Origin: a virus
Direction: 5' to 3' (one strand)
Virus record (IMG/VR): IMGVR_UViG_3300033068_001182
Coordinates: 3,607-67,606 of that record
DNA: 64,000 bases
Under the pieces are notes generated by a model. That model had not been told where the DNA came from. It worked only from the letters and a program-made list of their open reading frames with translations, and did no database searches. The position numbers were made by a program, and so were the translations under genes. This document shows positions 1-10,523 of this stretch, one piece after another. Position 1 is the stretch's first letter; each line of letters starts with the position of its first letter.

Positions 1-2
1 CA

Positions 3-185
3 TTAAGAGGTGAAATATCTAATTATTTTTATGAAGATGCTTATAATAAATGGCATTGGTATTGTAATCAAGCTGGAGCTGAAGCAATGATGCCTGATCT
101 TAATACATTAGAAAATATTAAAAGATCCTTTTTATCATTAAAAATAAATCCTTATTTATTTAATAATTTCTTTAATAGTTTATAA
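3..185 (+). CDS. 3' end of upstream structural gene (probable tail ring/tubular protein), truncated by window edge
   Basis: Open frame LRGEISNYFYEDAYNKWHWYCNQAGAEAMMPDL...FNSL* whose TAA (183-185) overlaps the next ATG (TAATG); product inferred only from position upstream of the muzzle gene. Confidence 0.55.
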   Translation, partial: LRGEISNYFYEDAYNKWHWYCNQAGAEAMMPDLNTLENIKRSFLSLKINPYLFNNFFNSL

Positions 186-3100
186 TGGCTCAAGCTAAAT
201 CAACTAATCAATTTACTAAAGGACTTAATTTATCTTCTGATTATGTAAATAATCAAAAAGATACTTATTCTTATGCACTAAATGCTATTAAAGAAGATTC
301 TTTAAATGCTCCTTCAAGTATAAGTAATGAGAAAGGTTTTTCTTCTTATTTAAATTTAGGCTATGATTATATATTAGTAGGTTCAATCTATTTAGGTAAA
401 GAAGATTATATTTTATTTATTAAACATACTGATGGTGCTGTAACACAATTTAATAAAATAATTCTTTATAGAGAAGGTATTGTTTATACTAAAATGGATA
501 ATATAAATTTAGGTTTTGATAAAAATTATCCAATTAGAGGAACTTATAGAATTAATTATAAAGGAGAATACATAATTTATTGGGTAGATGGTTTAAATGA
601 AGATAGATTTCTTAATATAGATAATGGAATTTCTATTACTGATTTAGATAAATTATCTATTGATATTAAATATGTACCAGCAGTACTTCAATCTAGAACA
701 ATAAGTGATAATGATGGTTCATTAAAAACAGGTGCTTATGAATTTTTTGGTTCTTATATATCAGAAGATAATGCTACAACACCTTGGTTTACTTTATCTG
801 GTACACCTAGTTATATTATAGATGATAATACTCAAAGATTATCTTTAATAGACTACGTTGCTGTTGATGGTTCTGATAGTGGATTAATTACTACTAAATC
901 AATTGATTTAAATTTAATAAATTTAGATCCTAATTTTAATAGATTTAGATTAGGTATTATTAAAACTATTAATGGTACTTCAACAGGATATTATATTAAT
1001 GATATATCTTATTTAACTTCAACAAAAACTATTAAATATAGTGGTTTTGCTGAAGAAATTTCTATTGGTGACATAAATCAATTTGTTGTTGATCCAGTAA
1101 GATATTATGCTTCTAATGCTATTACTCAATCTGGTAATAGATTACTTAGAGCAAATACTAAATCTTCTATATTTAATATAGATTATCAATCTTTTGCTAA
1201 TAATATAGTAACGGATTATTATATTGAAGAAGAATTAGTTATGACTATGCAAAATTCTACTGATTATGATATAAGATCAGAATGGTGGAAATCTGCTAAT
1301 ACAAAATATAGCGATAAGAAATCTCTTATAAGAGATGAAATATATAGTGTAGGTATTGCCTTTGGTCTTATAGAAGAAGGTATTGAAACTCCTATTTATC
1401 ATATTCCAGGAAGAGCTTTAAATAGTGTTCCTCAAAGTTCATTTGTAGAACAATATTCTAATAATACTAATCCATCATTAAGTGTATGGGATACAAATCC
1501 TATTACAGAAAATGGTGAAACATTACCTAGATGGAAAGTAGAAAATACAGCTTTATTATCTACAGATGGTGTATATAAAAAGCCAGCTTACTGGGAATCA
1601 CAAGAAGTATATCCAGATGGATTTAATTTCCCTATTACAGGCTCTACAAACACAGGAATAGGTGCTACTAATGTTAGACATCACAAGATGCCTTCAAGTG
1701 CCTTAGAACCTCTCTATAGAAGAGAAGAAGTAGGTAATGTATTTAGTTTCTATAAAAGAAATATAGGATTAAAATTTACTAATATAGTTATACCAGACGA
1801 ATTAAAAAATAATATAGCTTACGTTAGATTTTATATTACTCCAAGAACTACTGAGAGTAATAAATCTATAATTGGAAAAGGTATATTTTCTAATTGTAGT
1901 TTAAGTAAAATAGATTTAGCTCCTGGTTCTGGCGGATTAGAAGGTGGACCTTTTACTACAAATCAGTGGATTGTACCAGTTATTCCTTATAATGACTTAG
2001 ATGATCCTTTAAACAGTGCTGTATATAATGAAGCAAAAGGAACTAATACTTGGAATACAACTACAAATCATTATCATTCTTTTTATTCTCCTGATACTAC
2101 TTTAAAAAATCCAGTTCTTAATATTGATAATGTTTCTATTGAAAATGAGATTGATGGTATAGTACATTATTATGATGTAATGGCTACTAAAGTAAATGCT
2201 TTACCTTATAAAGATGGAGCAGATGGTAAAACTAGTGTTGCTCAATATCATATTAAAAGAGATATATTTTATGGTGATGAAAATAAAGGAAGAACTGTTG
2301 AATTAGCAATTAGTAATCCTGATTTTCCTATATATAATTTAAAAGATGTATTTAAGCCAACTTATAAATCTATATCTATATTAAATAATACAGATAAAAT
2401 AGTATCAAGTAAAGGTAGAAGAAAAGTAAAAAGTGCAGTTTATGTACCACATAATTCTAAATTATCTACTGATCAATTAGGTGGTATGGATAATCCATAT
2501 TATTCTCCTTATGGTCAAGGTAATGTTTTAATAGAATTAGATCCTACATATTCAGTACTAGGAGCTACTACAAAAGTAGATACTTCTATTAATTTTCAAG
2601 ATAATGATTCTTCAAAAAATAATATAGGTGTAGCAAATAAACAATCTGGAAGTTTTCATTTCTTTCCTGTTGTTAATCCTAAAGCTGTATATAGATACGG
2701 TTCTATAAAAAGAAATAATCCAACACAATACGGTATTATTACTGGTATGGAGTATATACCTACTGATTTAGTAATAGCTAATCCAACATTTAATGTAAAT
2801 AATACATTAGTAGAAGAAGCTAAAGGTTTAATTGGAGATGGTTTTATAGATTTATTTTCAGTTCAACGTACTAGATGGGCTAATAAAAGAGGTTATACTT
2901 ATGGTGGTAGAGCACCTGAGATACATGTTGGAGTATCTACATTTTTTACAGAATCTAATATTAATCATAGATTAAGGTATGCTGAAGGTACAGATACTAA
3001 AACATATTATCCTAAACAAATACTTACAACACCAATTAAAGATTGGTTAAATAATTATAATGATAGAGTATTGATTGATAATTATTATAAATATAATAAT

Positions 3101-5452
3101 GATTATCATAAAGATGCTTCTAAAAGATCATATAATTTAGATGTAATTGATTTAGATTTACAAACTGTTACTTCATATCCTACTAGAATATTATATTCTG
3201 AAAAATTATTGGATGAGGAAAGAAGTGATAGTTATAGAGTCTATTTAGCTAATAACTATAAAGATTTACCTAAAAATAAAGGATTTATTACTCATTTGTT
3301 TAATAAAGGTCAAGAGTTATTTGCTATAACAAGAGATAGTATTTGGAAATTATTTGCATCTAATCAAACTATTAAAACAAATTCTATTGATAATATTACT
3401 GTTGGTACTGGAGAATTTTTATCTTTAGATCCTATTGAAGTATTATCTATAGATGGAGGTTATGCTGGTTCATCTTCTAAAATGGGATTGGTTGAAACTC
3501 CTTATGGATATTTTTATTGTGATAGATATAAAGGAAGATTTATATTATTTGATAACCAACAAAAGGATGTTGGTTTAATTGGTGTAAATGAATTCATTAC
3601 AAATAATTATAAATTAGAAATTATAAATCAAATATTAGCATTAGAATCTGAATTTGATGGTCCTTTATCTAATTATGGATATTTAGTTGGTTATGAACCT
3701 ATTACACAAAGAATATTAGTAACCAAATTAGATTATAAATTTACTTCATCAAGTTTTTTACTTTATAAAGGAGTTTATAATCCTGCAACTGTATATACAA
3801 CAGGAGATATTTATTTAAAAGATGGTGTATTTTATAAATTTACTAGTCAAAGTAATTCATATAAAACAATATATGATTCTTCTAATTTAAATGATTTTAT
3901 ACCAAGTACTGTTGAAAATATTAATTATACTTTTACTAATCCTTCTCATGGAGATTTAATTAAAAGTCCAGTAGATCCTACTAAATTAATATATACTGCT
4001 GATGCTGAATATGTAGGAGAAGATTCATTTTCTATTACAGCTAATTGTTTGGTAGAACCTGTTGTTGTAACTGTAGAAAATTCACCATTATTACCAAATG
4101 AAGAAGCTACAATTCCAGAGGATTCTATAAATACAGCAACTGTTATGACTGTTGCAGGTACATATACAGAATCTTTAACTTATTCAATAGTTGGTGGTGA
4201 TGACATATATGGAGTATTTACTATTGATTCTTCAACAGGATTAATAACCGTATTAGATAATAGTACATTAGATTATAACATAAAAAATAAATATTTATTA
4301 GAAGTTAAAGCTTTAGGATCTGATAGTAAATTTATAACCTCACAAAATATAATAAATATAACTCCTGTAGCAAATGTTATTACAGGAGTAGATCAAACAG
4401 TTAGTATATTAGATACAACCGCTTCAGGATCTGTTATTAAAATATTAGATCAAGCAACACAAACAAAAGACTCTGTTATATTATATTCTATTGTAAGTGA
4501 ATCTATAGCAGGAGTATTTGAATATAATTTTGATGATCCTTCTAATTTAGAAGTTAAATTAATTAATAATTCTTCTTTAGACCCTTTAATAACAGATACT
4601 TATACTATTACAATAAGAGCGCAAGATAATAATAATTCTGCAATATATGATGATTTTACTTTAACTATTACTGTAGTATTTTATACAGATCCTGCACCAT
4701 TTACTTTTATAGATTTATCTGGTTTAGAATTAAGTACATTAACAGTATCTGATATTGTAACACTATCTGATTTTACAGGAAATGCACCAATAACAATATC
4801 TAGTGGAGAATATAGAATTGATGGTGGTTCTTGGACAAGTTCAGCTGGAACAATAACAGCAGGACAAACATTACAACTGAGAAATACAACTTCATCATCA
4901 AATGATACAACTATTTCAACAACCGTTACTGTTGGTACTGTAAGTGATACTTGGACTATTCGTACAAAGTCAGCATCTGGTACTGCTTGGAGAGTACAAT
5001 CAGCAAGTAAAACTTGTGGAATAGGTGAAGTTGCTGGATATGTATTTTATACAATACTTGAAGAATATACAGTATCAACAGGTATAAATACAGGTAATAC
5101 AAAAGATAATGATCCAGAAGATCCTGATTATATAGGTCCTGTTTATGATACAGAACAATGTCCTTTATCAGAAATTACTCAGTATATATTAGTTAGTTAT
5201 TCTAGTACTGATAGACCAGAAGCATGTGGAGGAACTATTCCTTTATCAGGAGCACCAATATCTGTTTATTCTTCTATAAGTGACCCGTTAACTAATAAAA
5301 CTTTGTATAATCAACCTGAATTACTTAGTACTTGGACAGCTGTTCCTAATAATGGTGATTATGTTAAGTTCTATGTATTTGGAGTTCCAGGAACTACTTA
5401 TGTGGGTAATGTTGATTCAAGTGGTAATATGACTAGTATTGTAACTTGTTAA
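185..5452 (+). CDS. Muzzle/tail stabilisation protein, N-terminal part, with C-terminal cadherin/Ig-like domains
   Basis: 1755 aa; crAss muzzle-like segments (YSYALNA, IYWVDGLNEDRFLNI, RDEIYSVGI, VRHHKMPS, YPTRILYSE, ETPYGYFYCD); last ~550 aa Thr/Ser-rich beta domains with cadherin-like FTIDSSTGLITV...LDY...Y.LEV.A. Confidence 0.75.
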   Translation: MAQAKSTNQFTKGLNLSSDYVNNQKDTYSYALNAIKEDSLNAPSSISNEKGFSSYLNLGYDYILVGSIYLGKEDYILFIKHTDGAVTQFNKIILYREGIVYTKMDNINLGFDKNYPIRGTYRINYKGEYIIYWVDGLNEDRFLNIDNGISITDLDKLSIDIKYVPAVLQSRTISDNDGSLKTGAYEFFGSYISEDNATTPWFTLSGTPSYIIDDNTQRLSLIDYVAVDGSDSGLITTKSIDLNLINLDPNFNRFRLGIIKTINGTSTGYYINDISYLTSTKTIKYSGFAEEISIGDINQFVVDPVRYYASNAITQSGNRLLRANTKSSIFNIDYQSFANNIVTDYYIEEELVMTMQNSTDYDIRSEWWKSANTKYSDKKSLIRDEIYSVGIAFGLIEEGIETPIYHIPGRALNSVPQSSFVEQYSNNTNPSLSVWDTNPITENGETLPRWKVENTALLSTDGVYKKPAYWESQEVYPDGFNFPITGSTNTGIGATNVRHHKMPSSALEPLYRREEVGNVFSFYKRNIGLKFTNIVIPDELKNNIAYVRFYITPRTTESNKSIIGKGIFSNCSLSKIDLAPGSGGLEGGPFTTNQWIVPVIPYNDLDDPLNSAVYNEAKGTNTWNTTTNHYHSFYSPDTTLKNPVLNIDNVSIENEIDGIVHYYDVMATKVNALPYKDGADGKTSVAQYHIKRDIFYGDENKGRTVELAISNPDFPIYNLKDVFKPTYKSISILNNTDKIVSSKGRRKVKSAVYVPHNSKLSTDQLGGMDNPYYSPYGQGNVLIELDPTYSVLGATTKVDTSINFQDNDSSKNNIGVANKQSGSFHFFPVVNPKAVYRYGSIKRNNPTQYGIITGMEYIPTDLVIANPTFNVNNTLVEEAKGLIGDGFIDLFSVQRTRWANKRGYTYGGRAPEIHVGVSTFFTESNINHRLRYAEGTDTKTYYPKQILTTPIKDWLNNYNDRVLIDNYYKYNNDYHKDASKRSYNLDVIDLDLQTVTSYPTRILYSEKLLDEERSDSYRVYLANNYKDLPKNKGFITHLFNKGQELFAITRDSIWKLFASNQTIKTNSIDNITVGTGEFLSLDPIEVLSIDGGYAGSSSKMGLVETPYGYFYCDRYKGRFILFDNQQKDVGLIGVNEFITNNYKLEIINQILALESEFDGPLSNYGYLVGYEPITQRILVTKLDYKFTSSSFLLYKGVYNPATVYTTGDIYLKDGVFYKFTSQSNSYKTIYDSSNLNDFIPSTVENINYTFTNPSHGDLIKSPVDPTKLIYTADAEYVGEDSFSITANCLVEPVVVTVENSPLLPNEEATIPEDSINTATVMTVAGTYTESLTYSIVGGDDIYGVFTIDSSTGLITVLDNSTLDYNIKNKYLLEVKALGSDSKFITSQNIINITPVANVITGVDQTVSILDTTASGSVIKILDQATQTKDSVILYSIVSESIAGVFEYNFDDPSNLEVKLINNSSLDPLITDTYTITIRAQDNNNSAIYDDFTLTITVVFYTDPAPFTFIDLSGLELSTLTVSDIVTLSDFTGNAPITISSGEYRIDGGSWTSSAGTITAGQTLQLRNTTSSSNDTTISTTVTVGTVSDTWTIRTKSASGTAWRVQSASKTCGIGEVAGYVFYTILEEYTVSTGINTGNTKDNDPEDPDYIGPVYDTEQCPLSEITQYILVSYSSTDRPEACGGTIPLSGAPISVYSSISDPLTNKTLYNQPELLSTWTAVPNNGDYVKFYVFGVPGTTYVGNVDSSGNMTSIVTC

Positions 5453-5462
5453 ATAATTAATA

Positions 5463-6512
5463 ATGGCAACTATAACTTTAGATAATAATTTACCAAAAAC
5501 AATTGATGTTAATACTCTTATTAATGCTGGTTCTGATGGTAAATGGAAAATAGTGGGTACTACCTTAGTACATGATAATGTAAGAGATTCTTATATAGAT
5601 AGAGTAATTCCTGAATTAACAGAAGGTACTACCTATAGGGTTACTTATGTAGTAAGTACTTATACTTCATGTAATGTTAGAGTTTATTTAGGAGATACTG
5701 CTGGTACTATTAGAACTTCCTCTGGAACATTTATAGAGAATTTAGTTATGTCTGGTCAAAAAAAATTAAGATTTTGGGCAGATGGTAATGTAATAATATC
5801 TTCTGCTAAAGTAGAAGAATTAATTACAGTGGTTGTAGATACTCCTGTTGATATGACAGATACAACAGTAGCTGAAAATAAATCTTGGACACTATCTTAT
5901 TATCCTATATTAGAACAATGGTGTAGTTTTCATAGTTATTTACCAAACAATTACTTATTACATCCTAGTAAATTCATAGCTAAACGTAATGATACTCAAC
6001 TTAAATTAAGTAACTCAGGAGATTATGGTAAATATTTTGATAATACCATTAAAACATTTATAGTTGAAACTATATTTAATGATAATCCTTTATTTACTAA
6101 AGTATTTGATAATATAACAGTTAATCTTATTTCAGAAGATGCTAATAAAGTATCTACTAATAAGTTCTTTGATAAAATGGTTATTAATACAGAATATCAA
6201 TTATCTGGTGAAATAACTTTAAATACTACTAATTTAACTAAGAAAGAAAGAGATTGGACTATTAATAAGTTTGCAGACTTAACTAGTAATAGTACACAAC
6301 CTTTGTTTACTAAAGCTTGGGCAGATATTAAAACAGTATATCCTATTGATAAAATAGTAAACTCTTCTAAAATAAATACATCTAAACCTTGGTATCAACA
6401 AGCTAGATTTAGAGATAAATTTCTATCAGTAAGACTTATTGAAAGTAATACTGATAATAATAAAATAACTGTTAAATTTATATCTAGTATATTTAGACAA
6501 TCTCAAAGATAA
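5463..6512 (+). CDS. Muzzle protein C-terminal part preceded by a carbohydrate-binding-like beta domain
   Basis: NKSWTLSYYP..EQWCSFHSYLP, KVFDN, KKERDW, RFRDKF resemble the C-terminal region of crAss-like muzzle proteins; N-terminal ~130 aa jelly-roll-like. Confidence 0.65.
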   Translation: MATITLDNNLPKTIDVNTLINAGSDGKWKIVGTTLVHDNVRDSYIDRVIPELTEGTTYRVTYVVSTYTSCNVRVYLGDTAGTIRTSSGTFIENLVMSGQKKLRFWADGNVIISSAKVEELITVVVDTPVDMTDTTVAENKSWTLSYYPILEQWCSFHSYLPNNYLLHPSKFIAKRNDTQLKLSNSGDYGKYFDNTIKTFIVETIFNDNPLFTKVFDNITVNLISEDANKVSTNKFFDKMVINTEYQLSGEITLNTTNLTKKERDWTINKFADLTSNSTQPLFTKAWADIKTVYPIDKIVNSSKINTSKPWYQQARFRDKFLSVRLIESNTDNNKITVKFISSIFRQSQR

Positions 6513-6513
6513 A

Positions 6514-6545
6514 TTTGGATTTATAATATTTTATTTGTAAATTTG
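6514..6545 (+). promoter_or_regulatory. Bacteroidota sigmaA-type promoter (TTTG-N20-TAAATTTG) upstream of cargo genes
   Basis: TTTG 6514-6517, TAAATTTG 6538-6545; matches the -33/-7 consensus TTTG/TAnnTTTG. Confidence 0.7.
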
Positions 6546-6562
6546 TAAATTGTACTAATTTA

Positions 6563-8689
6563 ATGGCTAAAAGTAAAAAATATAAACACACCTATGAATT
6601 TGGTTCTTTTGTAAAACAGAACTCAACAGGTATTGGTAATGCTGGACAATTTTTAGCTGGATCATTAGATACTTTTAAAAATCCAAATAAAGCTAATGTA
6701 GGACTTACTACTGGACAAGGTATATTATCTGGTGCAGCAGCTGGAGCTTCTTTAGGAGTACCTGGAATGATTGGTGGTGCTTTAATTGGTGGTGCTATGG
6801 GATTAGTTGGTGCTAACAAACAAAAGAAACAAATAGATAATCAAAGAGATGCTACTTATGGAAATTTAAGAGGAGAACAGGCCAATACTATGAGTACTAC
6901 CAATATTAATCCTTATGGTACTCAAATATATCAAGATGGAGGAGTGGTAAAAAAAGCTTATAATCCTTCTTTAGGAAATAAAGATAAACAATTTTTAAAT
7001 TGGTATAGTAAAAATACAATAGAAGGTCAAAATAAAGTTCCTTATAATTCTTTTCAAAAAATGAATAATTACGATTATTATTCATTTTATAAGAATGGTG
7101 ATTATAAAAATAAAAATTTTAATCCTGAATTACATTTTCCAGATACATATAAATTACCTAATCATCCTACATTTAGTGATGAATCTATATATGATGGAAA
7201 TAAAAAAGCAGGAACCTGGTTAGGAGATAATTTTATTCCTAAAAAAAATAAATATCAAGATGGTGGTAGAGTAGCTAAAAATATTAAAAAATCACAACCT
7301 AATCCAAATTTTCCTAATTGGGATGGTATAGTAGAAAAAAATGATGGTAGTATAGGTATGTGGGGCAATCCTATTGATACTTTAAAAGTTAATCCTATAT
7401 TACCTAATGTATTACCTATGGGTAGTATAGATCATAGAGGAGTTAGAACTGGACAAAAATATCAAGGTACTCTTCAGACAAATAAAGCAATTGAAGCAAA
7501 AGAAAGAATGTTAAAATCTCAAAGTTCTAGAAACTATTATGCTAATGGTTCAGATGTAGAACAAAATATAATTAATATAGAAAAAGGTGAATTACAAATA
7601 GATACTAAATCAGGTAAAATACTTAGAGAATATACTGGTATTAATCCTGAAAGTGCTGGTTTGTATCAACCTCATGCTAAAAAAGGTAAAGATAGTGATA
7701 ATAATTTTGTTACAGCAGAACCTGAAACTTTTATTGTTACTAAATCAAAAGCTTCTAAATATAAAAAAGCTATTGATAATAATGATAAATTAGCACAACA
7801 ATCTATACTACAAAATATAAGAAATTATAAATCAACTGTAGAAGGTGGTAAATTAAAATTTGCTATTGGTGGAGACACACCTAAAAATCCATATTTACCT
7901 ACTAACTATTTAGCAACTTCTGGTATTCAACCAATATCTACTTATGGATTAACAGGTTTAACAAAAGGTATTACACAACAACCTGTTAATACTACAACTA
8001 TTCCAGGTATGAAAGTTACAGATATGTTAGCTAAACCTTCTGGTACTCCTTATGTACCAAATCCTAGTATGTTAACTAAAGGATTAGATGCTGTATCACA
8101 ATATGGACCAGCAGCTTTTAATTTAGCTAGAGGAATGTTTGGTAATGTAGAACAAGAAAGATATGGTACTAAAGCAATTAATCCTTATTTAAATCAAATA
8201 AAATCTAATATGCCTCAAGATATTGATATGCAACCTATATATAATGATATATATTCTCAAGGTAGAGTTGCAACGCAAGATCTTAGAAACAATGCTAACA
8301 ATTCTGGAGTATATAGAGCTAACAGACAAAATATTGGAGCTAATACTCAAAGACAAATTAGTAGTGCTAGGTTACAAGGTCAAATGGCTAATAATCAAAT
8401 TAGAGGTCAAAGAGCTAATATATATGCAGGACTTGGTGCACAAGATATGCAAGAACAACAAAGATTACAACAATATAATTTAGGTATCAATCAAATTAAT
8501 GCTCAGAATAGAGGAGCTAAACAAAATTTACTTGGTACAGGTATGTCACAACTTCAAGAAATTTATAATAATAAAAATTATAATGATAAGATGTATGATA
8601 TGCAAATGTTACAATATAAGTTATTACCTCAAATATATGGTAATTGGAAATATTATCAAGATAATGTTAACTTACCTAAAAAGAAATAA
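6563..8689 (+). CDS. Virion cargo/ejection protein with Gly-rich membrane-like segment
   Basis: 708 aa; GAAAGASLGVPGMIGGALIGGAMGLVG segment, Gln/Asn-rich helical C-terminus, repeated YQDGG-like motifs; position between muzzle and RNAP. Confidence 0.65.
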   Translation: MAKSKKYKHTYEFGSFVKQNSTGIGNAGQFLAGSLDTFKNPNKANVGLTTGQGILSGAAAGASLGVPGMIGGALIGGAMGLVGANKQKKQIDNQRDATYGNLRGEQANTMSTTNINPYGTQIYQDGGVVKKAYNPSLGNKDKQFLNWYSKNTIEGQNKVPYNSFQKMNNYDYYSFYKNGDYKNKNFNPELHFPDTYKLPNHPTFSDESIYDGNKKAGTWLGDNFIPKKNKYQDGGRVAKNIKKSQPNPNFPNWDGIVEKNDGSIGMWGNPIDTLKVNPILPNVLPMGSIDHRGVRTGQKYQGTLQTNKAIEAKERMLKSQSSRNYYANGSDVEQNIINIEKGELQIDTKSGKILREYTGINPESAGLYQPHAKKGKDSDNNFVTAEPETFIVTKSKASKYKKAIDNNDKLAQQSILQNIRNYKSTVEGGKLKFAIGGDTPKNPYLPTNYLATSGIQPISTYGLTGLTKGITQQPVNTTTIPGMKVTDMLAKPSGTPYVPNPSMLTKGLDAVSQYGPAAFNLARGMFGNVEQERYGTKAINPYLNQIKSNMPQDIDMQPIYNDIYSQGRVATQDLRNNANNSGVYRANRQNIGANTQRQISSARLQGQMANNQIRGQRANIYAGLGAQDMQEQQRLQQYNLGINQINAQNRGAKQNLLGTGMSQLQEIYNNKNYNDKMYDMQMLQYKLLPQIYGNWKYYQDNVNLPKKK

Positions 8690-8691
8690 TT

Positions 8692-10521
8692 ATGGCAATT
8701 AATCGTTACACAACTCCAGTAGAACAGACATTAGAAAAATATGTTCCTGTTCCTATGGACAGTTTATATAAAGCAGCAGAAGCAATTCAAGAAAGAGGTG
8801 ATTTAGCACAACAACAAGTAGATCAAGCTCAATTTGGTTTAGCTTCTATTGCTGCTAATCCTTATCATCAAGATTTTGTATCTCAGTATGCTAATCAATT
8901 TAAAAATAAAGCTACTGAATTACTTGATAAGTATCAAGGTAATACTTCTAATCCTGAGTTTATTAGAGATTCTAAAAGATTAAGTATGCAATTTGCATCT
9001 GATCCTAGATTAAAAGCTGTACAACAAGCTAAACTAGCTTATGATCAAAAAGAAAATATTAAAAAAGACTTGAATATGAAAGGTCTTAAATACGTTGATA
9101 CTGGATTAGGATATAATGGTTTAGATGAAAATGGTCAAATAAGTGCTAATGTAGGAGATATAAAAACTACAGACTATGATAAAACTATAGCTAGTAGAAT
9201 TGCTCAAGCAGCTTCTAAAATGGAGCAAAGAGGTTCTTTAAAATCTAATCAATGGAATATAGAAGGTACAGCTAAAGCTCTTAAACAACAAATATTTACT
9301 GATCCTGAATTAGCATTAGGAGTACAACATCTTATGCAACAAGGTAATCTTACTGAAGGGCAAGCTATTAAAACTATGAATGATTATATAGATAATGTAT
9401 CTAAAAGTATGATTAGTTCTGATATAGATCATTATGAAGATTCTCAAGCTTGGGATAAATTTAAATATTTTGATACTAGACGTAGAGAAGATGAAAAAGC
9501 AAAACAAGAATTTCCTCCACAAGTTCCTTTTGAATTATTAAGTTATTCAAAACCTATTACACCAAATACTAATGTTGATGTAGCAAGATCTGAAACAGTA
9601 AGTAAATTAAAAGAAACAATTGATAATTTAACTTCTACAGGTAATTTAAATTCAGGTAATAAAGAAGTTCCTAATACAGCAGAGAATCGTAAAAAATATC
9701 CTAAAGGAATACCTAAGTATATAGGAGGTTCTGGAGAAGGTTCTAAAGGAGGAATACAACCTCAATTACTTAGTATTAATGATGCAGGATATGATCCAGA
9801 AGAAGTAGCATTATTAAATAGTGCTAGAAAATTTATGGGAATTAAAGGTGGATCTGCTAAAGAAATATTAACTAAGTATTCTAAATTATTAGAAGATTTT
9901 GATAATAGTTCTAATAATATTAAAACAACAGATAATGTTAAAATTAATAATGCTTCTGCTGAAATAGCTAGAAGACAAATTGCTTCTGGTGAAGTATATA
10001 CTGTTGAGAATGGAAATTTAGTTAAAGTTGCTGATGAAGAAACTTTATTGAAAGTTTCAAATATTGATGATAAAAATATATCAGGAATAAGTCCTAAGAA
10101 TTTAGGTGCTTTATCAGGATACACTCAATTTACAGATAAAGAAGGTAAAGTGTATTATACTCCTATTCCACAAGAATATCAAAAGAAATTTATTGGAAGT
10201 AAAGTAGTTGAAAATTATTTACAAGATACTAATCCAACAAACTTAAAACAAAAACAAGTTAAGTTTAGAAACAATGATGGTACAATTAAAGATATGAATG
10301 TATTTTTAAATCCTAATCAAGAAGCTGTACCTTATGTTTATAAAGGAGTTAATGGTGCTATGACACCATATAAAACAGTTGAAAATGGTAAAATTGTAGC
10401 TGGTGGTATATTTCAAACAAAAGAAGGATATATATTATTACCATTAACTGAAATAGAAAATAACGAATTTAAATCATTATTTACTAATATAACAAATAAT
10501 AATAAGATAGAAGGTAATTAA
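8692..10521 (+). CDS. Virion cargo/ejection protein
   Basis: 609 aa; MAINRY...YVPVP N-terminus and helical composition; synteny. Confidence 0.55.
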   Translation: MAINRYTTPVEQTLEKYVPVPMDSLYKAAEAIQERGDLAQQQVDQAQFGLASIAANPYHQDFVSQYANQFKNKATELLDKYQGNTSNPEFIRDSKRLSMQFASDPRLKAVQQAKLAYDQKENIKKDLNMKGLKYVDTGLGYNGLDENGQISANVGDIKTTDYDKTIASRIAQAASKMEQRGSLKSNQWNIEGTAKALKQQIFTDPELALGVQHLMQQGNLTEGQAIKTMNDYIDNVSKSMISSDIDHYEDSQAWDKFKYFDTRRREDEKAKQEFPPQVPFELLSYSKPITPNTNVDVARSETVSKLKETIDNLTSTGNLNSGNKEVPNTAENRKKYPKGIPKYIGGSGEGSKGGIQPQLLSINDAGYDPEEVALLNSARKFMGIKGGSAKEILTKYSKLLEDFDNSSNNIKTTDNVKINNASAEIARRQIASGEVYTVENGNLVKVADEETLLKVSNIDDKNISGISPKNLGALSGYTQFTDKEGKVYYTPIPQEYQKKFIGSKVVENYLQDTNPTNLKQKQVKFRNNDGTIKDMNVFLNPNQEAVPYVYKGVNGAMTPYKTVENGKIVAGGIFQTKEGYILLPLTEIENNEFKSLFTNITNNNKIEGN

Positions 10522-10523
10522 TT

